A stretch of DNA of 64,000 nucleotides. Origin: an uncultured Methylomirabilota bacterium. GTDB lineage: Bacteria; Methylomirabilota; Methylomirabilia; Methylomirabilales; 2-02-FULL-66-22. The stretch lies in NCBI GenBank assembly GCA_963845565.1, contig CAWJSJ010000002.1, positions 2,272,001 to 2,336,000 on the forward strand. The letters are read 5' to 3'. The position numbers and the translations under genes are program-made. Under the pieces are notes generated by a model, which saw nothing but the letters and a program-made list of their open reading frames with translations, had not been told where the DNA came from and did not search any database. Position 1 is the first letter of the stretch. Each line of letters starts with the position of its first letter. Below are positions 39,367 to 51,069 of the stretch, piece by piece.

Positions 39367-40071
39367 ATGCACGTGACATCCATCGTGCCCGCAGCCGGGG
39401 CGGGGACGCGCTTCGGAGGGGCCGTTCCCAAGCAGTATCTGGCGATCTGCGGCCTGCCGATCTTGGCCTGGACACTCAGGGCGCTGGCGGCCTCCGGCCA
39501 GGTAGATTGCGTCATCCTGGTGGTGCCCCCCGGACAGGAGGCCCGGTGCCGGGCCGAGATCCTCGGGCCGTGCGGTCTTGCCGTGGAGCGGCTGGTGCCG
39601 GGCGGCGCGGACCGGCAGGCGTCGGTGTGCGCCGGGTTGGCGGCGGTCCCCGGGGAGACCGACGTGGTGCTGGTGCACGATGGGGCCCGCCCCCTGGTCA
39701 CCCCCGAGATCGTCAACGCCGCGATCCGGGTTGCCGCGACGGAGGGAGCGGCGGTGGTTGCGGTCCCGGTGACGGACACGATCAAGGTGGCCGACGTCGA
39801 CGACCGGGTGGTGGAGACGCCGCCACGGGGCCGACTGTGGGCCGCGCAAACGCCGCAGGCTTTCCGGGCGGGGTGGTTGCGCGCGGCACATGCGCGGGCA
39901 CTGGCGGATGGGTTCCGAGGAACCGACGACAGTAGCCTGGTGGAGCGGATGGGTCACCGGGTCCGGCTGGTGCCGGGGTCACCGGAGAACCTCAAGATTA
40001 CAACGACGGCCGACCTCGTCCGGGCGGAACAGATCCTGCGGGGACGTATGGCGAATGACCATGACGACTGA
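39367..40071 (+). CDS. ispD: 2-C-methyl-D-erythritol 4-phosphate cytidylyltransferase
   Basis: 'PAAGAGTRF', 'KQYL', 'VHDGARP', 'QTPQAF', 'NLKITT'. Confidence 0.96.
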   Translation: MHVTSIVPAAGAGTRFGGAVPKQYLAICGLPILAWTLRALAASGQVDCVILVVPPGQEARCRAEILGPCGLAVERLVPGGADRQASVCAGLAAVPGETDVVLVHDGARPLVTPEIVNAAIRVAATEGAAVVAVPVTDTIKVADVDDRVVETPPRGRLWAAQTPQAFRAGWLRAAHARALADGFRGTDDSSLVERMGHRVRLVPGSPENLKITTTADLVRAEQILRGRMANDHDD

Positions 40072-40143
40072 CCGGCGTCCCGCCCGCAACGGGCGGACGA
40101 CCGTTCTGCGGTGGTCATTGGGGGTCGGTCATGGGAGCCGCGC

Positions 40144-40641
40144 ATGGTCCGAGTAGGTGTGGGGTTTGATATACATCGGCTGGTGCCGGGCCGACCGCTG
40201 ATCCTGGGGGGAGTGGCGATCCCGTTCGAGCGCGGGCTGGACGGGGATTCGGACGCGGACGTCCTCACCCATGCCATCCTGGACGCGCTGCTGGGCGCGG
40301 CCGGGTTGGGCGATATCGGTGTGCACTTTGGGGTGGGTCGACCGGAGAACATGGGAATCTCCAGCCTCCTGCTCCTCGAGCGGGTGGTTGCCCTGCTTCG
40401 CGCCCGGGGGTACCGGGCGCACAACGTGGATGCGACAGTCGTGGCCGAAGCGCCCAAGATCGGTCCCTTCATTCCGACCATGCGGGCGACGCTGGCGAAG
40501 GCGCTGGGCATCCCCGAGGAACGGGTGAACGTCAAGGGAACCACGGCAAAGGGATTAGGGGCACTGGGGGCGGGTGAGGGGATCGCGACGTTTGCGACCG
40601 CCTCCGTCGTTCGCCGGCCGCCCTCCCGCCGCTTGCGGTGA
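40144..40641 (+). CDS. ispF: 2-C-methyl-D-erythritol 2,4-cyclodiphosphate synthase
   Basis: 'GFDIHRL', 'SDADVLTHAILDALLGA', 'GEGIA'. Confidence 0.95.
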   Translation: MVRVGVGFDIHRLVPGRPLILGGVAIPFERGLDGDSDADVLTHAILDALLGAAGLGDIGVHFGVGRPENMGISSLLLLERVVALLRARGYRAHNVDATVVAEAPKIGPFIPTMRATLAKALGIPEERVNVKGTTAKGLGALGAGEGIATFATASVVRRPPSRRLR

Positions 40642-40670
40642 ACCGGGTCCGGGGAATCCGAGGGATATCC

Positions 40671-42251
40671 ATGGGGCTGCGAGTCTATAACACCCTGACG
40701 CGAACGCTGGAGCCGTTTGCACCGCTGGTGCCTGGACAGGTGCGGATGTATGTCTGCGGCGTGACGGTCTACGACCTCTGCCATATCGGCCACGCCCGGT
40801 CGGCGTTGGCCTTCGAGATCGCGCGGCGGTACCTGGAGTACCTGGGCTACCGCGTCACGTTCGTCCGGAACTTCACCGACGTGGATGATAAGATCATCGT
40901 GCGGGCGCGAGAGCGGAACATGGCCTGGGACGCGCTGGCCCACGAGTTCATCGCGGCCTTCCACGCCGACATGGATGCCCTGGGTATCCGGCGGGCGGAC
41001 GTGGAGCCCAAGGCGACCGACCACATCCCGGAGATGCTCGCGATCATCGGCCGCTTGGTGGAGCGCGGTTTGGCGTACACCATGGACGGCGACGTCTATT
41101 TTGCAGTTCGCGGCTTTCAGGGGTACGGGAAGCTCTCGCACCGGAGCCCGGACGACCTCCAGGCAGGGGCCCGGATCGAGGTGGACGAACGGAAGCGGGA
41201 CCCGCTGGACTTTGCCCTCTGGAAAGCCTCGCGTCCGGGGGAGCCGACCTGGGACAGTCCCTGGGGGCCGGGCCGGCCGGGCTGGCACATCGAGTGCTCG
41301 GCGATGTCCGCCAAGTACCTGGGCGACACCTTCGACATCCACGCCGGCGGCGAGGACCTGATCTTCCCGCATCACGAAAACGAGATCGCCCAGTCGGAAG
41401 GGGCGTCGGGCCGGCCGTTTGCCCGCTACTGGCTGCACAACGGTTTCGTCACGGTGGGCGGAGAGAAGATGGCCAAGTCGCTGGGGAACTTCGTCACGAT
41501 CCGCGATGCCCTGCGGCGCTTCCCCGCCGACGCGCTCAAGCTCTTGCTCGTCTCGACCAACTACCGGGGGCCGCTCGATTACACCGAGACCGCGGTGGCG
41601 GAGAAGGGGAAGGCGCTCCAAGGCTTTCAAGAGTTTCTGCGGGCGGTGGCGTTCCTGCGGGCTGAGACGGGTCGGGCGGAGGGGTCGGCGGCCGGCACCC
41701 CGACCGCGCATCCGGCGGAGGAGGCGTTTCGGGTGGCCATGGACGATGACTTCAACACGGCCCGGGCCACCGGGGTCCTGTTCGACCTGGTGCGCGAAGG
41801 GAACCGGATGTTGCAGGACGTCCGGGGTGCGGGCGAGCCGTCGCCGTCGGCGGTAGCCGCCCTGGAAGAGACCGCCGCGCTCCTCGCGCGGCTCGGCTCC
41901 GTCCTCGCGCTGGATTTCGCGGGCGCTACGGCGGACGTGTCCGCGGCCAGTGCCGTGACGCTCACCCGGTCGGCCGACGAGGCGGTCGGAGAACTCACGC
42001 GGCTGCTCGCCGCCCCACCGCCCTATCCGACGGAACGCGGCGCAGAAATCACCGGCGTCGTGCGAGAACTCTTGGCGTTGCGCGAGGCGGCGCGAAAGCA
42101 GCGGGCGTGGGCAGCAGCGGACGGCATTCGCCGGGCGCTGGTCGCCGCCGGCATCCGGGTGGACGACACGCGACGGGCCATCCACGCCACCTCGGAGTTT
42201 CCGGCGGACCGCGGTTTGCCGGCCGTCACCGTGAGCGTGACCAAAGAATGA
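40671..42251 (+). CDS. cysS: Cysteine--tRNA ligase
   Basis: 'CGVTVYD..HIGH', '[12 protein letters not shown]', 'FPHHENE', 'KMAKS'. Confidence 0.97.
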   Translation: MGLRVYNTLTRTLEPFAPLVPGQVRMYVCGVTVYDLCHIGHARSALAFEIARRYLEYLGYRVTFVRNFTDVDDKIIVRARERNMAWDALAHEFIAAFHADMDALGIRRADVEPKATDHIPEMLAIIGRLVERGLAYTMDGDVYFAVRGFQGYGKLSHRSPDDLQAGARIEVDERKRDPLDFALWKASRPGEPTWDSPWGPGRPGWHIECSAMSAKYLGDTFDIHAGGEDLIFPHHENEIAQSEGASGRPFARYWLHNGFVTVGGEKMAKSLGNFVTIRDALRRFPADALKLLLVSTNYRGPLDYTETAVAEKGKALQGFQEFLRAVAFLRAETGRAEGSAAGTPTAHPAEEAFRVAMDDDFNTARATGVLFDLVREGNRMLQDVRGAGEPSPSAVAALEETAALLARLGSVLALDFAGATADVSAASAVTLTRSADEAVGELTRLLAAPPPYPTERGAEITGVVRELLALREAARKQRAWAAADGIRRALVAAGIRVDDTRRAIHATSEFPADRGLPAVTVSVTKE

Positions 42252-43081
42252 AAGGGTACCGGGCACGGGGGACCTCGCCGGAAGCGGATCTCGTGATCGG
42301 TCCGCACGCCGCCTTGGAGGTCCTGCGGGCCGGCAAGCGGACGGTTCGCCGCCTGACCCTGGCGCGCCAAGAGGGCGGAGCGACGGTCGAGGCCATCCTT
42401 GACTTGGCCCGGCGGCAAAAGATTCCGGTCGAGACACGGACTCGCGACGATCTGGATCGGGTGGTCCGCGGCGCGACCCACCAGGGCGTTCTCCTCGAGG
42501 TTGGGCCGTTCCCTTACGCCGAGCCCGAGACGCTGGTGGGCCACGCGTCGGCGGGACCCGAGCCGGGATTCCTCCTCGTTCTGGACGGGATTCAAGACCC
42601 CCAGAACCTGGGGGCCATCGTGCGGAGCGCGGAGGCCGCGGGCGTCCACGGCTGCGTCATCCCCAAGGATCGGGCGGCCGGGGTGAGTTCAGCCGCCGTC
42701 CGGGCGTCAGCCGGGGCCACGGAGCATCTGCCGATCGCCCGGGTGACCAACCTGGCGACCTTCCTCGAAACCGTCAAGTCGCAGGGGTTCTGGGTGATGG
42801 GAACGGACGCCAGCGGCGGGCATAGCCTGTTCGCGTCGGATTTGACCGATCCTCTGGCGCTGGTGATCGGAGGGGAGGAACAGGGTCTTCGGCACCTCAC
42901 GAAGAACCGCTGTGACGTGATCGTGCACATCCCCACGTGCGGGCGTGTCGCGTCCCTGAACGCCTCGGCCGCCGCCGCGGTGTGCCTGTTCGAGGTGGCC
43001 CGGCAGCGGAGCAGGGCGCTCCGCCAGGACCCCGTTCCGACGGGTCCGCTTCGGCCCCGATTCCCGGAGGACCCTGCATGA
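42248..43081 (+). CDS. rlmB: 23S rRNA Gm2251 methyltransferase (SpoU family)
   Basis: 'HQGV', 'DPQNLGAIVRSA', 'GGEEQGL', 'SLNAS'. Confidence 0.92.
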   Translation: MKGYRARGTSPEADLVIGPHAALEVLRAGKRTVRRLTLARQEGGATVEAILDLARRQKIPVETRTRDDLDRVVRGATHQGVLLEVGPFPYAEPETLVGHASAGPEPGFLLVLDGIQDPQNLGAIVRSAEAAGVHGCVIPKDRAAGVSSAAVRASAGATEHLPIARVTNLATFLETVKSQGFWVMGTDASGGHSLFASDLTDPLALVIGGEEQGLRHLTKNRCDVIVHIPTCGRVASLNASAAAAVCLFEVARQRSRALRQDPVPTGPLRPRFPEDPA

Positions 43082-43821
43082 AGATCATTCGGTTTGAAGA
43101 GGCGGGCCGAGCGCAGTACGGGCTCGTCGAGGGGGAGACGGTCTTTCGCGCAACCGGATCGCCGTTCGCGGGGCGCCTCACGCGCGGGGCACCCGTGGGT
43201 CCCGTGCACCAACTCCACGTGCTTGCCCCCTGCGAGCCCGCCAAGATCATCTGCGCGGGCAAGAACTTCCCCTGGGGCGAGAACCCCGCGAAGTCCCCCC
43301 GGCCGATTCTCTTCTACAAGCCGCCCAGTGCGGTTATCGGACATCAGGCCGACATCGTCTATCCGGCACTCTCCCAGCGGGTGATCTTCGAGGCGGAGCT
43401 GGTGGTGGTGATCGGGAGACCGGCCCGCAATGTCCGGATCGAGGATGCCCCCGCGCACATCCTCGGGTATACCTGTGGCAACGACGTGACCGCCTATGAT
43501 CTGGTGCTTCGCGACAACGCCACCTTCGAGGGGAAGAGCTTCGACACCTTCTGCCCGCTCGGCCCCGCCATCGTGACCGACCTGGACCCGGAGGCGACCA
43601 CGATCACCTGTCGTGTGAACGGCACGGTCGCGGCGCGCGGGCTCTCCACGGCGAAGTACTATCGCTGTGCCGAGTTGGTGAGTTACATCTCGGGCATCAT
43701 GACGCTGGCGCCGGGCGATGTCGTCATGACCGGCACCCCGGACATCGGGTCCCTCCAGCGCGGCGATACCGTGGAGGTGGACATCTCCGGCATCGGGGTG
43801 TTGCGGAACCGCGTGGTGTGA
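43078..43821 (+). CDS. Fumarylacetoacetate hydrolase family protein
   Basis: 'FEAELVVVIG', 'GYTCGNDVTA', 'GKSFDTFCPLGP', 'MTGTP'. Confidence 0.93.
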   Translation: MKIIRFEEAGRAQYGLVEGETVFRATGSPFAGRLTRGAPVGPVHQLHVLAPCEPAKIICAGKNFPWGENPAKSPRPILFYKPPSAVIGHQADIVYPALSQRVIFEAELVVVIGRPARNVRIEDAPAHILGYTCGNDVTAYDLVLRDNATFEGKSFDTFCPLGPAIVTDLDPEATTITCRVNGTVAARGLSTAKYYRCAELVSYISGIMTLAPGDVVMTGTPDIGSLQRGDTVEVDISGIGVLRNRVV

Positions 43822-43948
43822 TCTGCGAACCGCCGTGCACGCCCCGCGCGTCCCGTGCACCCCGTTTGGCGGCATGGAAAAATGCGTGCCCCGCGGCGGG
43901 GCTTCGTCCGGCGCGGTTGTCGGATGTGTTTCAATGGGAGAGGAATCC

Positions 43949-45433
43949 ATGAGAGCCCTTTTGCTCCGCCTCATGACCGGCGCCCTGTTCTTTGCCATTG
44001 CCTCGAGCGCCCTCGACCCGTCGGTCGGTGCGGCGGCGGAGAAGACCGCCGTCGCAAAGCGTCGTGCCCTGCCCACCGAGACGAAGGCATGGACGGGGGA
44101 CTTTGACGGCATGATCAAGCGGCGGCACCTGCGTGTGCTCGTGCCGCACAGCCGCTCGCTCTACTTCAACGACAAGGGTCGCGAGCGGGGGTTGACGGCG
44201 GATCTCGTCCGGGACTTCGAGCGATACATCAATCAGAAGTACAAGAAGCAACTCGGCAACCGCCCGATCACCGTGTACATCGTGCCGACGACGCGAGACG
44301 AGCTGCTCAAGGACGTCGCCGACGGGTTCGGGGACATCGCGGCGGGCAATCTCACCGTCACCGAGGAGCGCAAAGCGCTGGTGGATTTCGTGGCGCCGGC
44401 CGGCCAGAAGCCGGTGTCCGAGCTGGTGCTGACCGGGCCCAAGTCACCGGCGATCGCGACGGCCGACGATCTGGCGGGGAAGACCGTGCACGTCCGGAAG
44501 GCGTCGAGCTATTACGAGAGCCTCACCGCGCTGAACGACCGCCTGAAGCAGGAAGGCAAGCCGACGGTGAAACTCGTGCTCGTGCCCGATGCGCTCGAGG
44601 ACGAGGATATGATGGAGATGTTGAACACCGGTCTGCTGGACGCCATCGTTGTCGACGACTGGAAGGCGCGGATGTGGGCCCAGGTCTTGCCGAAGGTCAC
44701 AGTGAACGCACAGGCGGTGGTGCGGGTCGGCGGTCTGATCGGTTGGGCCATCCGCAAGGACAGCCCCGGGCTTGACCGGGTGATCAACGAGTTCCATGTC
44801 TCTATCGTCAAGAAGCAGAACCTGTCAGCGGTCCGAATGGCGCAGTACTACAAACGTGTCAAGCAACTCAAGGACCCCACAGGCTCGGAAGACTGGAAGC
44901 GCTTCGAGGAAACCCTGCTCTTGTTCAAGAAGTACGGCGAGCAGTACGCCTTCGACCCGCTGATGCTCGCCGCCCAAGGGTACCAGGAGTCGCAGCTCAA
45001 CCAGAACGCCAAGAGCCACGTCGGTGCCATCGGTGTCATGCAGGTGATGCCCGCCACCGGCGCGGAGTTGAAGGTGGGCGACATCACGGTCACCGAACCG
45101 AACATCCACGCCGGCACGAAGTATATGGACCAACTCCTGACGAGGTATTTCCCGGATGCGGCGTTCTCCGACGCGAATCGCTCGCTCTTCGCCTTTGCCT
45201 CCTATAACGCCGGTCCGGGGCGCATCTCCCAGATGCGCAAGCTGGCGGAAAAGCGCGGCCTCGACCCCAACAAGTGGTTCAACAACGTCGAGATCGTCAC
45301 GGCCGAGAAGGTCGGCATCGAGACCACGACCTACGTGCGAAACATCTACAAGTACTACGCGGCCTACCGGCTGATGCTCGACATGCAGGAGGTTCAGAAA
45401 AAGGCGCGCGAATCGGTGAAGCAGGGCGGCTGA
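43949..45433 (+). CDS. MltF-like lytic transglycosylase (SBP domain plus SLT domain)
   Basis: SBP_bac_3-like N-terminus, 'YQESQL', 'GVMQVM', 'SYNAGPG', 'ETTTYV'. Confidence 0.9.
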   Translation: MRALLLRLMTGALFFAIASSALDPSVGAAAEKTAVAKRRALPTETKAWTGDFDGMIKRRHLRVLVPHSRSLYFNDKGRERGLTADLVRDFERYINQKYKKQLGNRPITVYIVPTTRDELLKDVADGFGDIAAGNLTVTEERKALVDFVAPAGQKPVSELVLTGPKSPAIATADDLAGKTVHVRKASSYYESLTALNDRLKQEGKPTVKLVLVPDALEDEDMMEMLNTGLLDAIVVDDWKARMWAQVLPKVTVNAQAVVRVGGLIGWAIRKDSPGLDRVINEFHVSIVKKQNLSAVRMAQYYKRVKQLKDPTGSEDWKRFEETLLLFKKYGEQYAFDPLMLAAQGYQESQLNQNAKSHVGAIGVMQVMPATGAELKVGDITVTEPNIHAGTKYMDQLLTRYFPDAAFSDANRSLFAFASYNAGPGRISQMRKLAEKRGLDPNKWFNNVEIVTAEKVGIETTTYVRNIYKYYAAYRLMLDMQEVQKKARESVKQGG

Positions 45434-45505
45434 GGCGGTGCAAACTCGGACGGGACGACCCGCCTCTGGCCTGTGCGGATCCTCTTCTGTCCAAGGGGGG
45501 GTGTC

Positions 45506-45910
45506 GTGTTTGGTGCTATGTCCATTTCCGGGTTTGTGCTCTGGGGTCTGGTTTCGTTCGCACCAGCCGCGATGGCGGCGGAGCCGTTGGCGCGCGGGGA
45601 ATACCTGGTGAGTCACGTCGCCATGTGCGTCCAGTGCCACACGCCGCGCGATGCCAAGGGGGAGCTCGATCGGACGCGCCTGTTCCGGGGCGCGCCGATC
45701 CCGCTGCGGTCGCCGTTCCTCAACCGGAGCTGGGCGCTCGCCGCCCCCGCCATCGCCGGCCTGCCGGGGTGGTCCAGCGAGGATGCGGGCACGCTTCTCA
45801 CCACCGGCCGCCGGCCGATGGGCTACACGCCGCAACCGCCCATGCCGCCGTTCCGGCTGAGCCGGGAAGACGCCGACGCCGTGATCGCCTTCCTGCGCTC
45901 CGTGCGCTGA
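45506..45910 (+). CDS. Monoheme cytochrome c (start approximate)
   Basis: Signal peptide, 'RGEYLV..CVQCHTPR', 'PPMP' axial Met. Confidence 0.88.
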   Translation: MFGAMSISGFVLWGLVSFAPAAMAAEPLARGEYLVSHVAMCVQCHTPRDAKGELDRTRLFRGAPIPLRSPFLNRSWALAAPAIAGLPGWSSEDAGTLLTTGRRPMGYTPQPPMPPFRLSREDADAVIAFLRSVR

Positions 45911-46039
45911 CGGCCCTGTCGCGCGTCTCGTGCAACTGACCGACGATTCTCTGGGGCAGGCCCCGAATCGGGGCTCCGAACCTCCCGTGATCGCTTGGGC
46001 GGTTGCAAGCGATTTATCTTGGCTAGACGCGAGTCGGGG

Positions 46040-46069
46040 TTGACAGGGATTCGGTCGTGGGGATAGAAT
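46040..46069 (+). promoter_or_regulatory. P1 promoter of the tRNA-tuf operon
   Basis: TTGACA-N18-TAGAAT. Confidence 0.65.
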
Positions 46070-46131
46070 GCATCCCCTTCACCGGAAGGGGGTGGATTCG
46101 CCTACCTTTTCGGGATGTCCGAAGAAAAGAT

Positions 46132-46160
46132 TTGCCAAGAGGAAGCCCTTTGAATATACT
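46132..46160 (+). promoter_or_regulatory. P2 promoter of the tRNA-tuf operon
   Basis: TTGCCA-N17-TATACT, 12 nt before tRNA-Thr. Confidence 0.65.
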
Positions 46161-46172
46161 AGGGCTTTGTCT

Positions 46173-46248
46173 GCTGGCGTAGCTCAGCAGGTAGAGCAGC
46201 TGATTTGTAATCAGCGGGTCGGGGGTTCGATTCCCTCCGCCAGCTCCA
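46173..46248 (+). tRNA. tRNA-Thr(TGT)
   Basis: Acceptor GCTGGCG/CGCCAGC, anticodon TGT, GTTCGA, CCA. Confidence 0.97.
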
Positions 46249-46303
46249 CCGGACCGAGCTTCGCTCGAGGAGCGCGCACGTCGGGCAGCACGCCTCGGAA
46301 TCT

Positions 46304-46389
46304 GGGGAGATACCCAAGCGGCCAAAGGGGGCAGACTGTAAATCTGTTGGCTCATGCCTTCGGAGGTTCGAATCCTCCTCTCCCCACCA
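46304..46389 (+). tRNA. tRNA-Tyr(GTA)
   Basis: Acceptor GGGGAGA/TCTCCCC, anticodon GTA, long variable arm, CCA. Confidence 0.97.
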
Positions 46390-46502
46390 TGGGTGCTGCC
46401 GGGAGCGGTGGGACGCGCGGCCGGGTTTCGGGGCAACGGGACGCCGAATTGCAGCGTGGCACCTGCCGACTTGAGTGCCAACGTGTGAAGAGTTACCGGC
46501 AG

Positions 46503-46579
46503 GCGGGAATAGCTCAGCTGGCTAGAGCGCGAGCCTTCCAAGCTCGGGGTCGCGGGTTCGAATCCCGTTTCCCGCTCCA
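46503..46579 (+). tRNA. tRNA-Gly(TCC)
   Basis: Acceptor GCGGGAA/TTCCCGC, anticodon TCC, CCA. Confidence 0.97.
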
Positions 46580-46643
46580 AGCGTTCCCCTGCAGCGACAG
46601 CCAGGACCTCCGGCCAGCGGACCGCGTGGGCGGTCCATTCGTT

Positions 46644-47870
46644 GTGCAGCGCGCTCGGGTCTGGTCCAGGCAGATTCTCGTCGGGGTGCTCCTCGCGGGA
46701 TGGTTTGTCGTCCCCGCGCAGGCAGCGCATCCGGATGCGTACCGGCTGAACGAGGCGGCAGTCGCCGAGGTCCGACGGGGAAACCCTGAGGCGGCGCTTG
46801 AACTTCTGACGCGGGCGGCGACCCTGGACCCCCGCGACGCGGCGATCCGGGGAAATCTGGCCAGGGTGCGGACGGTGGTGGCGCACCGGTTGACCCAAGC
46901 TGGACGCCTCGCTGAAGCGGAGGTTCAATACCGAGCCGCGTTGGACGCCGATTCGGGAGAGGTGGCCGCCTGGGTGGGTCTCGGCGAGCTTCAACTCCGG
47001 CGCCGGGACCCGCGGGAGGCAGTCGAGGCGTTTCGCCGTGCGGTGGAACTCACGCCCGAGGACGGCGAAACTCGGGTCCGACTGGGCCAGGCGTATTACA
47101 ACGTGGGCGATCTCCCCGCCGCGCTCTCGGAATGGGAGCGCGCTGCGGCAACCCGGACCGACGATGTGGCATTACGCGAGCGGATCGCTCGCGTGCGGCG
47201 CGAGGCCGATATTCAGGGCTCGTATCGCGCGAAGGAGAGTCAGCACTTCACTGTCGTATACGAGGGGCGACGGCAAGAGGATCTCGGACAGGAGTTCGTC
47301 CGGCTTCTGGAGAGCGCGTACCTCGAGGTGGGGTACATTCTGGGAGCGTATCCGAGCGCTGCGGTTCCGGTCGTTCTGTATTCCGATGTCGATTTCGCGC
47401 CCGCGACCGGTCTCTCGACGGAGGTCGGCGGTTTCTATGGTCGGCTGGACGGGAAGATCCGGATTGCCCTGCGGGGCTTGAAGCCGGGCGATGCCCGGCT
47501 GGCCTCGCTGTTGACCCATGAGTATACCCACGCGCTGATCTACGCCGTGACCCGCGGGAACAATCCGCCGCGATGGGTTCACGAGGGATTGGCGGTGCAC
47601 ATGGAGCGGGACCGGGCACCCCAATACAAGGACGAGGCACAGCGCCGGGGCCGCGCCGGCCGCCTCGAAACGCTCGAGAAATCGCCGTACGTCATGGGGT
47701 CGGTCGCGGTCGAGTATCTGGTTGAACGCTATGGCATGGCGACGATACGGCTCCTCCTCCAGCGCCTCGGGGAGGGCACGCCGTTCGCGGAGACATTTCG
47801 AGGGACCTTCCAGACGGATCTCGCAACCTTCGAGCGGGCCGTCGGAGATTCGGTGAGTCGGGGCTACTGA
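46644..47870 (+). CDS. Exported TPR protein with gluzincin (peptidase MA-like) domain; start approximate
   Basis: Signal peptide ending AQA, TPR units, 'LTHEYTHA' followed by 'PRWVHEGLA'. Confidence 0.85.
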   Translation: MQRARVWSRQILVGVLLAGWFVVPAQAAHPDAYRLNEAAVAEVRRGNPEAALELLTRAATLDPRDAAIRGNLARVRTVVAHRLTQAGRLAEAEVQYRAALDADSGEVAAWVGLGELQLRRRDPREAVEAFRRAVELTPEDGETRVRLGQAYYNVGDLPAALSEWERAAATRTDDVALRERIARVRREADIQGSYRAKESQHFTVVYEGRRQEDLGQEFVRLLESAYLEVGYILGAYPSAAVPVVLYSDVDFAPATGLSTEVGGFYGRLDGKIRIALRGLKPGDARLASLLTHEYTHALIYAVTRGNNPPRWVHEGLAVHMERDRAPQYKDEAQRRGRAGRLETLEKSPYVMGSVAVEYLVERYGMATIRLLLQRLGEGTPFAETFRGTFQTDLATFERAVGDSVSRGY

Positions 47871-47875
47871 GTCGG

Positions 47876-47951
<76 letters not shown>

Positions 47952-48000
47952 GAACCTTTCGGTCCGCACTGAGCGGACGCCCCTGCAGGGAGACAGGCAC

Positions 48001-49203
<1,203 letters not shown>

Positions 49204-49281
49204 GGCGGCAATAGCCTCTCCGGCGTGCGGCGGGCCTCAGGGGCCCGGGACCCGCGGGGCCGGATCGGGAGTGAGACGATC

Positions 49282-49431
49282 ATGCGAGATACCATCACCT
49301 TGGCGTGTGCCGAGTGCAAGCGCCGGAACTATTCCACCACCAAGAACAAGCGGAACACCACCGACCGCGTGGAGTTGTCCAAGTACTGCCCATGGTGCCG
49401 CAAGCACACCCCCCACAAGGAGAGCAAGTAG
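49282..49431 (+). CDS. rpmG: 50S ribosomal protein L33 (zinc-binding form)
   Basis: '[26 protein letters not shown]'. Confidence 0.96.
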   Translation: MRDTITLACAECKRRNYSTTKNKRNTTDRVELSKYCPWCRKHTPHKESK

Positions 49432-49471
49432 GCGCCGGTGCGGGGCGAGCGGAGGCGGCCGGGCGACCGAT

Positions 49472-49547
49472 AGGCCTGTAGCTCTAATGGTAGAGCGGCG
49501 GACTCCAAATCCGAAGGTTGGGGGTTCGAATCCCTCCAGGCCTGCCA
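49472..49547 (+). tRNA. tRNA-Trp(CCA)
   Basis: Acceptor AGGCCTG/CAGGCCT, anticodon CCA, usual position before secE. Confidence 0.96.
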
Positions 49548-49668
49548 TACGAGACCGACAGGGCGGGTGAGAGGGGCGGTGGCGACGACGCGCGGCCACC
49601 CCCCGTTCGAGGCGCTGTCGGATGCCGCGGTTACTGTCGATTCCGGGAACCGGACGAAGGGATGGGAC

Positions 49669-49884
49669 ATGACGGCAGTGGTGGAGCGAGTGCAGACGCT
49701 GTGGGGGTCCACGGTCCAGTTCCTCAGAGAGGTCCGGGTCGAACTGAAGAAGGTCACCTGGCCCCAGCGGAACGAGATCATCGGCTCGACCGCGGTGGTC
49801 ATCGTGGCCAGCTTCGTGGTCGCCTTCTTCCTGGGGTTCGTGGACCTGGTCATCCAAAAACTGTTGACGCTCGTCATCAGGTAA
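49669..49884 (+). CDS. secE: Preprotein translocase subunit SecE
   Basis: 'FLREVRVELKKVTWP' plus one TM helix. Confidence 0.95.
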   Translation: MTAVVERVQTLWGSTVQFLREVRVELKKVTWPQRNEIIGSTAVVIVASFVVAFFLGFVDLVIQKLLTLVIR

Positions 49885-49911
49885 CCGCGTCTTCGAGGAT
49901 CGAGGCGACTC

Positions 49912-50544
49912 ATGGCAGACGTCGAGATGACCGGGACCGCAACCGAAGCGGAGGTTTCCCCCGAGCCGTCCTCCGAGACCGGGACGGCCGTGCCGAAGAC
50001 GGCGGCGCTGCCGCCCCACCACCAATGGTACGTGATCCATACCTATTCGGGGTTCGAGAACAAGGTGAAGCAGAGCATCGAGCAGCGGGTGGCGGCGCTG
50101 GGGGTCGGTGGCGCCGTGTCCCAGGTGATGATTCCGACCGAGACCGTGGTCGAGCTGAAAAAGGGGAAGCGGCGGGAGGCCTCGCAGAAGTTCTTCCCCG
50201 GCTATGTCCTGATCCGGATGGACATGTCGGACGACCTCTGGTACCTGATCAAGAACACCCCGAAGGTGACCGGGTTCGTCGGGCCCGGCGTTCGGCCGAC
50301 CCCGATTCCGGAGGACCAGGTGCAAGCCATCCTGCACCAAGTCGAAACCGGCGCCGAGCGGCCCAAGCATCGGATTCTGTTCAGCCGGGGAGAGAGCGTT
50401 CGGGTCATCGACGGACCGTTCTCGAATTTCACCGGCGTGGTGGACGAGGTGAAGCCCGACAAGGGGCGGTTGAAGGTCATGGTGAGCATCTTCGGCCGGC
50501 CCACGCCGGTGGACCTCGAGTTTCTCCAGGTCGAACGCGTCTGA
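49912..50544 (+). CDS. nusG: Transcription factor NusG
   Basis: 'WYVIHTYSGFENKV', 'FPGYVL', KOW 'VRVIDGPF'. Confidence 0.97.
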   Translation: MADVEMTGTATEAEVSPEPSSETGTAVPKTAALPPHHQWYVIHTYSGFENKVKQSIEQRVAALGVGGAVSQVMIPTETVVELKKGKRREASQKFFPGYVLIRMDMSDDLWYLIKNTPKVTGFVGPGVRPTPIPEDQVQAILHQVETGAERPKHRILFSRGESVRVIDGPFSNFTGVVDEVKPDKGRLKVMVSIFGRPTPVDLEFLQVERV

Positions 50545-50611
50545 TCGGCGGGTGGGCCTCCGCAGCGGCGGGCGGCCTGCGCGCGATCCGGGAAAGGATT
50601 GAGGAGGGCGC

Positions 50612-51049
50612 ATGACCAAGCGCATTACCAAGAAAGTGACCGCCCAGGTGAAGCTCCAGGTGCCGGCAGGCAAGGCGAACCCGTCGCCGCCGGTGGGGCC
50701 GGCCCTCGGCCAGCACGGCGTCAACATCATGGAATTCTGCAAGGCGTTCAACGCGCAGACCCAGACGCAGGAGGGGTTGATCATCCCGGTGGTCATCACC
50801 ATCTATGCGGATCGGTCGTTCACGTTCATCACCAAGACGCCGCCCGCGGCGGTCCTCCTGAAGCAGGCGGCGGGGATCGCCAAGGGTTCCAAAGAACCCA
50901 ATCGGACCAAGGTCGGCAAGGTCACGCGAAAACAGGTCGAGGACATCGCGAGGACCAAGCTGCAAGACCTGAATGCCTTCACGCCGGAGGCCGCGGCCAA
51001 GGTCATCGAGGGTACGGCGCGCAGCTTGGGCATCGAGGTGGTTGGCTAG
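50612..51049 (+). CDS. rplK: 50S ribosomal protein L11
   Basis: '[27 protein letters not shown]'. Confidence 0.98.
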   Translation: MTKRITKKVTAQVKLQVPAGKANPSPPVGPALGQHGVNIMEFCKAFNAQTQTQEGLIIPVVITIYADRSFTFITKTPPAAVLLKQAAGIAKGSKEPNRTKVGKVTRKQVEDIARTKLQDLNAFTPEAAAKVIEGTARSLGIEVVG

Positions 51050-51069
51050 GCGGACCCGCGGGAATTGCA

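Noticed and set aside
46068..46643. N-terminal ~190 codons of the 600-aa ORF running through three tRNA genes
   Set aside because: Its ATG overlaps the P1 -10 box and the translation is not protein-like. The signal peptide starts after tRNA-Gly, so the open frame is probably chance.
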